A stretch of 64,000 bases of DNA, taken from positions 33,650,843 through 33,714,842 of the forward strand of contig NC_092402.1 in NCBI RefSeq assembly GCF_030028105.1, in the 5' to 3' direction. Shown here piece after piece: positions 23,001 through 36,948 of this stretch. Numbering within the stretch: the stretch's first letter is position 1; each line of letters begins with the position of its first letter. The notes under the pieces were generated by a model, which ran no database searches, was not told the DNA's origin, and was given only the letters and a program-made list of their open reading frames with translations. This stretch comes from Mobula birostris (lineage: Eukaryota). A program made the translations under genes and the position numbers.

Positions 23001-25370
23001 GAGGTTACCAGGAAAGTGGATGAAGGGAAGGCAGTGGATATTGTCTACATGGACTTCAGTAAGGCCTTTGACAAGGTCCCGCATGGGAGGTTAGTTAGGA
23101 AAATTCATTCGCTAGGTATACATGGAGAGGTTGTAAATTGGATTAGACATTGGCTCGATGGAAGGAGCCAGAGAGTGGTGGTAGAGAATTGCTTCTCTGA
23201 GTGGAGGCCTGTGACTAGTGGTGTGCCACAGGGATCAGTGCTGGGTCCATTGTTATTTGTCATCTATATCAATGATCTGGATGATAATGTGGTAAATTGG
23301 ATCAGCAAGTTTGCTGATGATACAAAGATTGGAGGTGTGGTAGACAGTGAGGAAGGTTTTCAGAGCCTGCAGAGGGACTTGGACCAGCTGGAAAAATGGG
23401 CTGAAAAATGGCAGATGGAGTTTAATACAGACAGGTGTGAGGTATTGCACGTTGCAAGGACAAACCAACGTAGAACATACAGGGTTAATGGTATGGCACT
23501 GAGGAGTGCAGTGGAACAGAGGGATCTGGGAATACAGATAAAAAATTCCCTAAAAGTGGTGTCACAGGTAGATAGGGTCGTAAAGAGAGCTTTTGGTACT
23601 TTGGCCTTTATTAATCAAAGTATTGAGTATAAGAGCTGGAATGTTATGATGAGGTTGTATAAGGCATTGGTGAGGCCGAATCTGGAGTATTGTGTTCAGT
23701 TTTGGTCACCAAATTACAGGAAGGATATAAATAAGGTTGAAAGAGTGCAGACAAGGTTTACAAGGATGTTGCCGGGACTTGAGAAACTCAGTTACAGAGA
23801 AAGGTTGAATAGGTTGAGACTTTATTCCCTGGAGCGTAGAAGAATGAGGGGAGATTTGATAGAGGTATATAAAATTATGATGGGTATAGATAGAGTGAAT
23901 GCAAGCAGACTTTTTCCACTGAGGCAAGGGGAGAAAAAAACCAGAGGACATGGGTTTAGGGTGAGGGGGGAAAAGTTTAAAGGGAACATTAGAGGGGGCT
24001 TCTTCACACAGAGAGTGGTGGGAGTATGGAATGAGCTGCCAGACGAGGTGGTAAATGCGGGTTGTTTTTTTAACATTTAAGAATAAATTGGACAGATACA
24101 TGGATGGGAGGTGTATGGAGGGATATGGTCCATGTGCAGGTCAGTGGGACTAGGCAGAAAATGGTTCGGCACAGCCAAGAAGGGCCAAAAGGCCTGTTTC
24201 TGTGCTGTAGTTTCTATGGTTTCTATGGTTAAAGTCCCTTATGGGAGGCTAATCCAGAAGACTAAGATTTATGGGGTCTGTGGCGAATTGTCTGGATTCA
24301 CAATTGGCTTGCGCACAGAAGACAGGGTAGTCGTTGAAGGAACTTATTTGAGCTGGAGGTCTGTAATTAATGGAGTTCTGCAGGGATCTGTGCTGTGACC
24401 TCTACTGATTGTGATGTAGAAAAATGACCTGGATGAAAATGTAGAAGAGCAAGTTAGTAAATTTGCGCATGATACCAAGATTGGTGGAGTTGTGAATAGT
24501 GTAGAAACCTGGCAAAGAATACAGTGCAATATAGATCAGTTGCAGATATAGGCTGAGAAATGGCAGTTGGAGTTTAACCCAGATAAATGTGAGCTGTTAC
24601 ACCTCAGCAGGGCAAATGCAAGGAGACAGAGTACTGTTAAGGGCAAGATCTTTAACAGTGTTGCTGAGCAGAGAAATCTAGCTGCTTGAAAGAGAAGACA
24701 CAGGTCGATGGGGTGGTTAAGAAGGCTTATGGAATGCTTGCTTTTATCAGTCAAGGCATTGAGTTCAAAGGCCAAGGGTTATGTTGTAACTTTATAAAGC
24801 TCTGGTTAGGCCAGATCTGGGGTATTACATATAGTTCTGGTTGCCTCACTATAGGATGGATGTTGAGGATTTGGAGAGGGTGTAGAAGATGTTTACCAGG
24901 ATGCTGCCTGGTTTAGAGGGCATATGTATCATGAGAGACTGGATAAAATTGGGTTGTTTTCTCTGGGGCGGCAGAGGCTGAGAGGAGATCTGATAGAGAT
25001 TTATAAGATTATGAGAGGCATAGATAGAGTAGACAGGGAGTATCTGTTTCCCAGGGTTGAAATGTTCAATACTATTGGGCATGTATTACGGGTGAGAGGG
25101 GGTAGGTTCAAAGGGGATGTGAGGGGTAAGTTTTTTACTCAGAGAGTGGTTGGTCCCCAGCATCTGCTGCCTGGTATGGTGGAAGAGGCAATAAACTAGA
25201 GATCTTTAAGAGACATGTAGATAGGCACATAAATGTGAGGAAAATGGAGGGATATGGACATTGTGTAGGTAGGAGGTGTTTTTGATTTCCTCTTTAGCTG
25301 GTTCAGCACAATATGATGGCTGAATGACCTGTTTCTATGCTGTACTGTTCCAAGTTCTGTGTTCTATATG
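20040..25370 (+). mobile_element. Older CR1 LINE (outer), split at 21310/24231
   Basis: FLNQYVDDPMRGGAVPDLVLG, NPKAFYTYIKSKR and YMDFRKAFDK resume as KVPYGRLIQK at 24231; RT C-terminus and 3' tail run to about 25370; many stops. Confidence 0.9.
21311..24230 (+). mobile_element. Young CR1 LINE with nearly complete ORF2 (APE endonuclease and RT)
   Basis: LRCIYFNARSI, SETWL, VGDFNFP, SDHN (APE); KSPGPD, QGSVLGPLLF, KFADD (RT); stop at 22325, frameshift near 22590, stop at 22923; (ttctatggt)n tail ends 24230. Confidence 0.95.
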
Positions 25371-28300
25371 GAAATGTGGAACTGAAGTTACTGAATGTGG
25401 CGCAGGCTCGAGGCGCTGAATATCCCATTCCTGCTTTAATTTCATACGTATGTTTGACTTCAGAGCTACAGAGGCATACGTATATATGGGAACATATGAA
25501 CCTTCAGCCACACTCTAAACTGCCTCTAAATATCCTCTAAATTGACAATAGGTCTTCATTTTTATTCTTCTGCATGTATGACACTGAACTGGAATTTACA
25601 CCGTAACAATTTAAAAGAAGTATCATAAACCAAGAGGTGAACTTAAGGTCCATGAATATGCTTTCTTTTTCATAGTGATGAACACGTGGAGCTTAATTTG
25701 AAAACTGTTCAGAGTCCTCATTTTATTAATGGCCAACTGGTGGAAATGTAATTAACTTTTTGTAGTTGAGTTTACATTTCAACAGAACCATGACATTTTG
25801 TTATTTTCAGAGAAAATCTGGAAGGAAACTATGCTTGCAGTGGAGGCTCACAAATTGAAAATGGATGGATCATTTGCATGGATTTGCATTTGCTTATCTT
25901 TGATTTTAAAAAAATCTGTTCTGGTTTCAAGATTTTTGTAATAATATCTCTTACCTGTCAAAAAATGAACTAAGGGTTATTCTACTAGCTGTTAAATTCA
26001 AAGTAGTATTTGCTCTGTGCCAAAATATATTGCATTGTGTTGACCAATACAGTATTTGCAAACCATCATGGTGAATCGTAAGTCAGCTGACAAATATGCA
26101 AAGTAATAATGGCATTTGTATTTTTGGTTTTCCAAACTCCGAATCAGAAAGAGCATCATGAGGAAGTGCCCGTACAGTCATAGTAGTTCACAAATAAGTT
26201 GCAAGGTAGGTAATAAGCAATGTTCTTAAGACCGTAGGTAATGTGCTTTTCTATAGGAAAGCATTCAAATATTGGTACTTTAAGCTAATATTCTGGAACT
26301 AACCAAATTCAATTTTGTTTGGTTTTGATTGGTGTAATCTCACGTTTAGTATACAGAAAATCATTCTATCAGAGCCACAGGGTCACATATAAATGAATGA
26401 TTTTCAGCGTAGAACCCATTCAAAGAAGCTTGCCAATTGTTTAAGCATGTATAACAAACTGTGTTTTTGAAGAGCCACAAACTACATAAAAGCCAATCAA
26501 CAAATCTGTTCAATAAGCAATAGGACTGATTAATTTTACAATCATTAATTATTCTATTCATTAAAACATATTCATCTTCCTACCAGCAATAAAAACAATG
26601 TTTATTACAAAATATTCATAGACAGTATATAATTGAAGAATGAGCCAGAACTAAAATATTCTGGTAATTGATTTATCTTACGATGTGTGACTTTGTTTGA
26701 TTTATTCTATGTAATGTTCTCTGTCTATTCATGTATCTACACATCCCATTAACTATGTAGTGGCTGTCAGTGAGAGGCTCTCATTTCATTAATGATTTAA
26801 GAACCTTTGTAGCAAGCAGTTAACAATGGTATTATAGAAAAGGCTATTTTTTAATAAACAACATCCTGTTTCATCCAAAAGATTCTCAGGTGGGTTGGAC
26901 CGGGTGAGGGAGGGAGGTTACTATTCCCAATCTCTATTCCCAGTGAAGTTCCTTTTCATATTCATCAACACAAAGCACAAATTCATTAGTAGCAACTGCT
27001 TAAAACGTATTTGCAACTATAGTTCTGAACACATTTACAAATATAATGAGCTACTTCTCATAAACTACTCCTCATTATCCTGTCATGTTAATTTCCTCCC
27101 TTAAGTAAACATTTGTAGGATATTGCTAAAAACAGACCAATCATAGATGAGTATTTTAGAATTGCCCTGAATTGTTAATCATTTCTTGTTTTCCACTGTC
27201 TTATATTGAAACTGATTTAATTATTGATTGAGTGAGAGCAAATTGTCATCAGATGGTCAAGATGCAAGAGCAGAAACAAGCCTCCGAGTAGGAATTTGGC
27301 CTGCTGGGCTTTCAATAAATGGTTAAAGACTCAGTTAAAAAATACCTTAAGCAACTACTTACCAAAAACCTCATCTGCATCACCTGCTTTTGTAGTAGAC
27401 ATATTGCAGCTGGGACTGTGGATAAGAAAAGCAGGGCATCAGATAAGGGGTTTATTTTTGGCCTAACACATAGGGCCAACTAAAATAATCAGTATAACTC
27501 TACTCCAGTGGAGTGATAAAGCCTTGCATGCCAGCTAAGCTGTTGTCGGGAGTGGAAGGAACAGGATGCAGGGGGGATGGTGAGGGGTAAGGAAGAGAAC
27601 AAACATCCACAGTAATTAATCAGAACTTACCTGTGGAAGGTTCACAGCATGTTAATCACAGCATCTCCTAACAACTGTACACTGTTGGTTAGCAGGGCTC
27701 TTAATGATTCCCCTCCAGCAAGATTCCTTCCAGCAGCAAGATGCAGGGGATGCTTGCAATTCATTCGGGCAAGAGCACCTCAGCCAGTTTGATTAAAACT
27801 GAGATTCATGCCTCGATACATCCAGCATGGGATGGGTCCAGGGTCCAGATGGGAGGAGGTCTGTAACTGCCCTGCTCTTTCGCTGTGATAAGTCATTAAC
27901 AAATACTGCTGCTCCCTGACTGCCACATTATGAATGCAGTGGTCCCTCGAGTGCCTCTAAGAGTCATTCAGTTTTTGGTGATGCATTATTTTGTCATTGC
28001 ACGGGGAAAGAACGAGACAGGACCCTGATCTATAGAAGTCAGTGTTGCAGAAGCTCGTCCTCTTCTCCCCAAAGAGAATCACAGTGTTATTAGGTGTCGA
28101 TTACGAAAGAAGGTTTCAGCCTGCTCCACACTGCTCACGGTGTTTTCAGAGATTTAAAAAGAAGAAGCAGGTTCCTGGGATGCTGACAGACACGCTGTAC
28201 ATGTTTGATGCCCGGCTTTTCAGAATGGCAACTTGTTCGTACTGTAGATCATAATTGCAATTGGATGCTTCACTGCTCCTGATTCTAGGCAAATTCAGTT

Positions 28301-29139
28301 TAACTCTTTCCATTCCACTTCAGATTATCTTGCTCAATACAAATGACCATTATAAGCTTTCCAAACTCTAATTTGTCATACTGCATTACAATTGAGGATA
28401 TATTCTAATAATAATTAATGATTCAAAACATTTAGTTTCCAAATGAAACAATTGACTAATCATTATTAAGTTTCATATTCTTTTTTAATTACGTGTTTAG
28501 GACCAGATTTTTGGAAAGAAAAATAGAATTTTCAATCATTTAATTATGGGTAACAGCCCATCAATAGTTTGCTAACATTATAAAATGCTCTAGGGCAACA
28601 GCACATATTAACAATCACTGTTCAGGTTGAAGAGCCTTGCGCTTTCCAGCTTTGTCGCTCTTGTTAGTTACCAAGTCTCCATCCTCCTCAATTAGATTTA
28701 ATAACTCCTTCTGGTCTGGACAAAGCTGTTCACGCACATTCCTCGAAAGGGAGTTTGTTTCATAAGAAAGTCACCATTTCCAGAATATTGTACTGCTGAA
28801 GTATTAGATGGATGTAGCTATTTAATTTTTCATCATTGCACTGTGTGTCTGTATACAATTGAGACAAAGTTTACTGATCTTTATTGGTTGAGACTCTGGA
28901 GCCATATATTGTATAGCTATGGCCAAGATCATTGGCTGTAATTTCCAAACTGGTAGATGTCCAATCGTGGTCATGCCCCTGTTAACAAATCTGAAGAACA
29001 ATGTAGTCCTCTAGCAGTAGTAGAGTGAGAAATTGAATCTTTCTTGTATTCGTGAATAATCTCCAGTGGTCAGCAGGTAGGACCACCATTTTGTGGATAA
29101 ATGTTTAACAGATGAACCGTATTGATTCATGCCTCCTTG

Positions 29140-29315
29140 TCCACCAATAACCTTGGGCTCCAGTATTACCATTCCCCCTCTCTTGTTTTTAGTGGGCATC
29201 TTTCCTCTCAGTTTTGATGCAGGTTTTGACCTGAAAATCAGCAATTCCCTCCCCCTTCCAACACCCCCACAGAAGTTTCTCAACCTGCCGAGTTCTTCCA
29301 GCAGATTGTGCTCTA
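29140..29315 (+). mobile_element. Penelope pLTR remnant, divergent family
   Basis: ctcagttttgatgcaggttttgacctgaaa..acctgccgagttcttccagcagattg. Confidence 0.5.
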
Positions 29316-29508
29316 TATAGACTCACAATTTGATTCCCAGGACTGTAGTTTTGACCATGTAGCATGCCTTTTAAGCACCATGCAATTGACTTCAAATGTA
29401 AGACTGCACACAAAATCCATTTGTAGCCAATGATACGCACAGTGCATAATGTTTTCCACTAGCTGTTTCACTGTAGATGGTAAACCAGTACAGTTCGAAT
29501 GAATGATA

Positions 29509-30018
29509 CACTCAGTGGCCACTTTATTGGGTACCTCCCGTACATGTCGTGTGTTCAGAGATGCTCTTCTGCACACCACTGCTCTAACATGTGGTTATTT
29601 GAGTTATTGTCGCCTTCCTGTCAGCTTGAACCAGTCTGGACATTCCATTCTATTCTGCCCTCTCTCATTAACAAGGCATTTTTGTCACAGAACTGCTGTT
29701 CACTGGATGTTTTTTTTGGGATTTTTTTGCACCGTTCTTTCTAATCTCTGGAGACTGGACTGTTGTGCGTGAAAATCCCAGGAGATCAGCAGTTTCTGAG
29801 ATATTCAAATCACCCCAGCTGGCACCAACAATCATTCCATGATCAAAGACAGTTAGATCACTTTACTTCCCCATTCTGATGTTTGGTCTGAACACCAACT
29901 GAGCCTCTTGACCATGTCTGCATGCTTTTATGGATTGAGTTGCTGCCATGCGATTGATTAGATATTTGCATTAACAAGCAGGCGTACAGGTGTACTTAAT
30001 AAAATGGTCACTAAGTGT
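29509..30018. mobile_element. Complete Tc1-type non-autonomous element, about 510 bp
   Basis: TA-cactcagtggccactttattgggtac ... gtacttaataaaatggtcactaagtg-TA terminal inverted repeats. Confidence 0.85.
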
Positions 30019-31804
30019 ATCAGCCCACAGGCGATGCTTGCCTTCTGACTCAACTGTGAACATGAAGCAAATTTGCAATTAACATGTTTTGTTGACTACA
30101 CAGGGGAAAGCAGATCTTAATACATGATAAACCTCTGCATCTCCATCATTTAAAGGTTTAATCAATTGTTTGCTGACTTTATGCAAATGAATTGGAACTG
30201 GGCTCAACTCATCCCACTGAGGAAAAGTGAATAGTCACACAATGAGTCTTGATGAGCATGGAGCTCAAGTTTCCCTTTTATTATTGGTTTTAATGCGCAG
30301 TTGAGTAGAGATGCCTGGGGCTACCACCATGCTCTATTGCACAAGGCACAAAGGCCAAGACAACTAACTGAAAAGCGGAAGGCTCCAAAGATTACATACA
30401 AATTAGAATAGGAGTAGGCTGCTGTCCATCAAACATTCAATAAGATCAAGCCTGATCTGATTGTAATTTCACCTCCATATCCCTGATAATTTTACACCTC
30501 CTTGCTGATCAAGAATTTAATTTCCACCCCCTTAAAATTATTCAAATCTCCGCTTCCATTCTCCTGTGAATGGACAGCTCCTTATTTCTAAATGGTGAAA
30601 TCTATCCTCTCTATATTGACAGGATCTTATGGTTCATCCAGTACCACTTACTCTTCTAAATTCCAACAGATGAAAGTCTAGCCAGTCCAGACTTTCCTCA
30701 TAAGATCATCTGCGTTTTCCAGGTATTAATTCAGTAAACCTTTTCTGGACTGTTTAGCATGTTTGATTAGATAAGGAGATGAATAATGTATCCAGTACTC
30801 CAAATCTGGTCTACCAGTATCCTAAATATCTGAATCCTAACCTCCTATGTTTGTATTCAGTTACTTTTGCAATAAATTATAGCATATTTTGAGCTTTCCC
30901 AATTAATTGATTCATTGCATATTCACCTTTTGTGAATCATGTGTTAGGATACCCAATTCCTCCATCGTAGACCTCTGCAATCCCTACACTTTAGAAAATA
31001 TGTTTTTCTTTATTTTAGCAAAGAAGACTCAATGGGCTGAATGGCCTAATTATGTTCCTATGTTTAATATCTTATGTCTTAGTTTCCCTGCCAAAATGGA
31101 TAATTTCACATCTTCTCACACAATATGCCATTTGCTCGATCATTGTCTATTCACTTAACCGACCTATATTCCTTTTTAGTCTCCTTATATCTTCATTACA
31201 ATTTACTTTACTAACTCTCTTTGTGTTATTCGCAAACTTAATAACCATACCACTGTGCTTTCATCCCAGTTATTGATATAAATTGTAAAACGTTTCGACC
31301 TCAGCATCAATTCTTTTGGTACGTCACCCACTATATTTTGCCAAATAGGAAATAACGAACCTACATATGTCTTCTTTCTACTTCCTATTCACACTCTATT
31401 CCACTTCTATCTTTCCTGTAGCCAGCCAATTTTCCGTCCATACCAGAGAAATTTGCTTTTCCTTAGTAACTTTTGATGTGGAACCTTATCAAAGGCCTTC
31501 TAGAAATCTAACTCTACTATATCTAATAGCTTGTCTTTGTCTACTGTGTGTGATTCTTCTTCAAAGAATTTCAACACTTTGGTCAAATATAACCTCCTTT
31601 TCACAAAACTGTGTTGCCTTTTCCTGATTACCTCAAATTTTTCAAAGTGCCCTGCCTTAACATCTGTAATAGAAAGTTCTATCAGTTTTCCTCTGGCAGA
31701 TATTGAGTTAACTGCCTTTAACTACCTGCTTTCTTTCCCTCCTCTTCTATTTTCTATTTCCCAGTCTTCCTGTCTTAGCAAATTATGGAAAATTAAAATC
31801 AATG

Positions 31805-32065
31805 CATCAGCATGGTAACGTAACGGTTAGCATAACACTATTACAGCACCAGCGAGCCAGGTTCAATTTGACCACTGTCTGTAAGAAATTTGTACATTCT
31901 CTCCAAGGCCACATGGATTTCCTTTGGGTGCTCTGGCTTCCTCCCACATTCTAAAGACATATGAGTTCGTAAGTTAATTGGTCACATGGGTGCAATAGGA
32001 CAGTGCAGTCTCGTTGGGCCAGAAGGGCCTGTTACCATGCTGTATCTCTAAATAGAATAAAATAA
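31805..32065 (+). mobile_element. V-SINE (HE1-like)
   Basis: gcatggtaacgtaacggttagc head, tgtaagaaatttgtacattctc V-domain, gggccagaagggcctgtt tail and A-rich end. Confidence 0.8.
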
Positions 32066-32529
32066 TTAAGATAACCTATCTCACAAGCCACTTCTTTAAA
32101 GACTATGAAATCCTCTAGGACCTGTCAGCCTATAGCACCAACAATTTAGTGAATACCATTTCCCTGCTATGGGTAATTTTCCTGATTTCCTCCTAATTCC
32201 CGATATACAGCTTTTTTTTGGAATTTTATTTACATCCTCTGTAGGGAAAATTGATATAAACTACATGTTTGATTCATTTGCCAGCTCTTTGTTTTCCTTT
32301 CTTAATTACTCAAGCGGATTCCTGATTGGATCAAAGCTCATTTAGTTGATTCTTTTTTAAAATATCTACGAAAATGTTTTTGGCTAACATTATCTCATGT
32401 TTTATTTTTTTCTACTTTATTTATACTATAGTCATTTTTGTTTCTCCTTATATTCTGCCCAACCTACAGACTTGTTTCCAACTTTTGCGTAATTGAACTG
32501 TTTTTATTTAAACTTTTTATCATCATTAA

Positions 32530-32732
32530 TGTAATTGGGAGAAATGTGCATAATTCACAACCACCGACGTTGAGTTGAGGTTTCACTTTAAGAGGCTGGT
32601 CTGACGTGATGACATTGTTACATAAGGATTTTTAGCGCGCTTTTGCATTTAGGTTTTGGAGATCCATAAAATGTATTACAGGTTTCATTAAACATAAAAT
32701 GGCTCACTTCATTTTATTTGTGAAAACCTGTG
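32530..32732 (+). repeat. Gypsy 5' LTR
   Basis: Starts TGT, aligns with 36541-36948 and is followed by the PBS. Confidence 0.8.
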
Positions 32733-32774
32733 TTGGTGACGCTGTTGCTCTCGGAAAATTCCAGAGTTATTGAA

Positions 32775-35700
32775 CATGTTGTCCAATACAGTTCCTTTGA
32801 AACTGCTGGAGTTTTGGGAGTAAAATGCCATCGCTTGGTTCATACAAACTAAGGCCCTGTTCGCTCTGTGAGAAATCTCTGCCAACGACACCAAATTCTG
32901 CTACGTGGTAGTATTACTCAGCAATTCCATGGTACGCAAGAGTGGTGAGTCTGCTTGAACACACGCCTGAACACAATAAATACTGATCGCTGAAAACTCA
33001 CCTTTTACTCTTAGACTATTGGAGTCTGAGCGTGCAAATAGTTGCTGTCCTTACCCTGTCTCTGTGATGCTAGGCTAATGGACCACATGATGTCTCTCCT
33101 GGGAAATCAAATTGTTTTATTTTTAAAGAACTCTTCATGCTGCAAATGCCTGATCAAATTCGTATAGCCCTTGCTAATGCATCTGTGAATGACTATAGGG
33201 AGCTTGCTAAGATGCCTAATAGTCTCCCCTCAGCTAGGCAGTGGTGCATCATTCCTCCTACTTTCTCTGCTTCAATAAGCCTGATCAACAAGGCCCCCAA
33301 CACAAGAAGGCCCATGGCTGTGAAGCCAACAAAGATCAGGCCTGTGTTTTCACCACACTCGCTTTGGTATGAACGCTGGGAAATGCCAACTGGCTTGCAG
33401 CTTCAGCAGTGACAACGCATTGGGACATCAGAGATCAGTGAACACTGTGGGTTCCAGCTGCCAGGGTCATTTACTGTTCATTACAGACACCCTTTCAGGG
33501 CAACATTTCCTGTGTGACATGGGTGCTCAAGCGAATGTGCTGCCGTCATCACCCATTGATGAGAACGCAAAGAGCAATGAAACCTCACTGGAGGTCACCA
33601 ACGGCAGCAGGATCCAGACTTATGGGACATGATGGGTGACACTCTGCTTCAGTAGATAATGTTACACATGGGACTTCCTCCTGGCTAAATTGGCTAGACC
33701 TCTGCTTGGTACAAATTTCCTGTGTGCCCAAGGACTGTTGGTCGATCTTAAGAACTGCCGGCTTGTGGACGTCAAGGACCTTGGGGTGTTACCCTGCTCC
33801 CCCAGTAAGTTCCCCACAACGACTCTGTCAAGCACATGCAGCACCACATGTGAGTTTACTCAACTACTGGGCAAATTCTCAAACCTCACCAAGCCCACAT
33901 TCTCCACTACAGCCTCAAAACATGGGGTTGTGTACGTCATTTCTATAATTGGCCAACTAGTCCATGACCACGCATGTAGACTGGACCCAGAAAAGTTGGC
34001 AACCATGAAGGTTGAGTTTACTAACATTGAAAGACTTGACATTGTACATCAGTTGAATAGTCTCTGGGCTTCACCCCTCCATATGGTCCCTAATTCCGAT
34101 GGTGGTTGCCACTCATGTGGTGATTACCAATGCTTTAACAAGGCCACCACTTCTGATCATTAGTCGGTCCCAGACATCCGAGACTTTTGGCATGTTTAGA
34201 TGGAAAGTTATTTTTTTTCAAACTTGATCTAGTTAGGGGCTACCGTCAAGTGCCCGTGTGCTAGGAGGACATTCACAAAACAGCTGTGATAACCCCGCTT
34301 GGCCTCTTTGAGTTTCTGCGCATGCCATTTGGGCTGAAAAATGCAGCACAGACTTTCCAGTGGCTGATGGACTCTGTATTAAAGACTTACATTTTCTTTT
34401 TGTTTACCTGAATGATATACCAGTCACTAGTGTATCCAAATCTGAACATGTATCTCATCTCTGCACACTTTTTGAGCGCTTAAGCCAACACAGGTTGATT
34501 ATTAATGCTGCTAAATGCCCGTTTGGATTGTCAGCCATTGACTTTCCCAGCCATCGCATTTCCACAGAAGGTGCAAAACCCTCCCATCAAAAGTAACTGC
34601 TATTATGGATTTCCCACCACCCTGCACCACTAAAAAAACGAAAGGAGTTTTTAGCTTTGGTAAATTTCTATCACCACTTTATTCCGTGAGTTGCCGAACT
34701 TATGCTCCCCCTGTATAATGTGCTTAAAGGCAATACTCATGTGCTTGACTGGTCAGCAGATATGAGCAGGGCATTTAATGATACCAAACAGGCTCTTTCC
34801 AAAGTGACCCTACTGGCACACCCGCTCCTCATTGTACCCATTGCCATTACTACTGACACTTCAGACTATGCTATCAGTGCTGAGCATGAACAGTTGGTCA
34901 GAGGCGTGTGGCAGCTTCCCGCCTTCTTTGGTCGGCAGCTCCATCCCCCCAAAAGGAAGTACAGCATGTTTGACTGTGAGCTTCTTGGTCTCTATCTGGC
35001 TGTTCACCATTTTCATTTTCTTCTGGAGTGTCACCATTTCACAGCATTCGTTGGCCACAAACCCCTTGTGCACATGATGGCCAAAATATCAGAACCTTGG
35101 TCTGCACGGCAACAATGCCACATGGCCTACATATCCGCGGTCACAACTGAAATACAACATGTCACGGGAAAAAATAATGCTGTGACTGATTGCCTATCAT
35201 GGCCTGCCATTGAGGCTGTACACATTGGTGTTGACTATGCCAGCATGACAGCCGACCAAGTTACTGACCCAGAGATCCAGGCTTACTAGACATCAGTCAT
35301 GGGCCTGTGGATGGGGGAGGTGGGGTTTCTCTCCTGTGCGATGTCTCAACCGGTCACCCTCATTTTATCATGTCCACAAACTGGAGATGGACTGTTTTCA
35401 ACTCCATCCAAGCTGGAAGGCTTCAGAGAAATTGGTTGCACTAAAGTTTGTGTGGTGGCACGGCCTTAGAAAGGACGTGGGTGATTGGACTGCAGCCTGT
35501 GTGGAGTGGCAGCGGGCAAAAAACAACCGGCACGTTCATGCGCCGTTGGCACCTTTTGAGGTCCCTGAGCAATGGTTTGACCATGTCAATATGGACCTTG
35601 TTGGTCCTCTTCCTCTCTCCCGCAGCTTCACACACCTTCTTACCATGATGAACTGTACAACCAGGTGACCAGAGGTCATCCCTCTAGCATCGACGACGGC

Positions 35701-36478
35701 CACAGACATGGCTCGGGTGTTCATCAGCACCTGGGTTGCTCTGTGTGGTACCCCATCTGATATTTCCTCTGACCAAAGTCCCCAATTCATATCAGACCTC
35801 TGGGCTTCATGATACGCTGTGGTGTGATGTAGCCTTGTCGTTAGGCTACATCACACCATAGCATATCACCCGCAGTCCAATGGCCTATGTGAGCGGTTTC
35901 ACCTCTCCTTAAAGGCTGCTCTGAGGGCTTCCTTGACAGATGAGTGTTGGCATGATCATCTCCCATGGGTCCTGCTGGGCTCAGAACAGCTCCAAAACAG
36001 GAGCTGCAGTCATCCGCAGCTGAGTTGGTGTATGGGCAACCATTATGAGTACAAGGTGATTTCTTTCCTGACGCCACAATCACCTGGTTGGCCTCTCAAT
36101 GGCGTTCCACCTTCCTTAGTAACTTCAGTTCCTTCTCATCTATTCCAACCTCCCATCATAGCATACAGTACTCTGGTGTTCCTGTTGACCTACATTCCTC
36201 CTCATTTGTTCTCGTCCACCATGATGCAAACCAACATCCCCTTAGGACCCTTACGATGGCCTGTTCTGTGTTTTGGAACAGAGAAAAAGACTTATCTCAT
36301 AGATAAGAGGTGTAAACCTGAATTAATTTTGGTAGATCACCTTAAACCGGCCCACCAAGAGTTGGAGTATTCTGCTGCCATGCCCCTGGTGTCACAACAT
36401 GACCATGAGTGTGTCAACGCACATCTGGACAAGCCTAAGGCACCTGCGGTTCCTCCACCCGTGGAACATAGGACCTGA
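32775..36478 (+). pseudogene. Gypsy gag-pol, fragmented
   Basis: Gag LKLLEFWE*NAIAWF; protease FLCDMGAQANVLP; RT WASPLHMVPNSDGG, VYLNDI; RNase H TTDTSDYAISA; integrase FDHVNMDLVGPLP, AYHPQSNGLCERFH; many stops and frameshifts. Confidence 0.9.
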
Positions 36479-36540
36479 GCTGGGCAGCTCATCTAAGCTC
36501 CAGACAGGCTCACAATGGCAACTTGAGTGAATTCTGGGGG

Positions 36541-36948
36541 GGTGGGGGGCAGCTGCGTACATAATTCACAACCACCGACATTGAGCTGCAGTTTTGCTTT
36601 AAGAATCAGAATCAGAATCTGGTTTATTATCACCGGCATGTGACATGAAATTTGTTAATTTAGCAGCAGCAGTTCAATGCAATACATAATAATATAAATA
36701 ATAATAAATAAAATAAAACATAATAAATAAACAAGCAAATCAATTACGTATATTGAATAGATTTTTTAAAAAGGGCAAAAACAGAAATACTGTATATTAA
36801 AAAGTGAGGTAATGGTCTGATGTAATAATGTGATTATGCAAAGATTTTTAGTGTACTTTTGTGTTTTGGTTTTGGAGTTAAATAAAATATGTTACAGGTT
36901 TCATAAAAGGTAAAATGCCTCACTTGATTTTATTTGCGAAAACCTACA
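36541..36948 (+). repeat. Gypsy 3' LTR interrupted by a Rex1 3' tail (about 36604-36813, minus)
   Basis: LTR homology breaks after tttaaga and resumes at tggtctga; the insert begins (aatcag)n and matches 51405-51610. Confidence 0.8.

Larger units (their letters stand above)
32530..36948 (+). mobile_element. Full-length decayed Ty3/Gypsy LTR retrotransposon
   Basis: Two homologous LTRs (cataattcacaaccaccgac...attttatttgYgaaaacct), PBS-like tggtgacgctg at 32734, G-rich PPT near 36536, domain order gag-PR-RT-RH-IN. Confidence 0.9.

Noticed and set aside
21973-24101. Minus-strand ORFs over CR1 (also plus-strand ORFs at 42155-43721)
   Set aside because: Antisense shadows of LINE ORF2
25811-25973. 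Acceptor-like site followed by a short open frame (ENLEGNYACSGG...)
   Set aside because: No convincing donor or homology; too weak to call an exon
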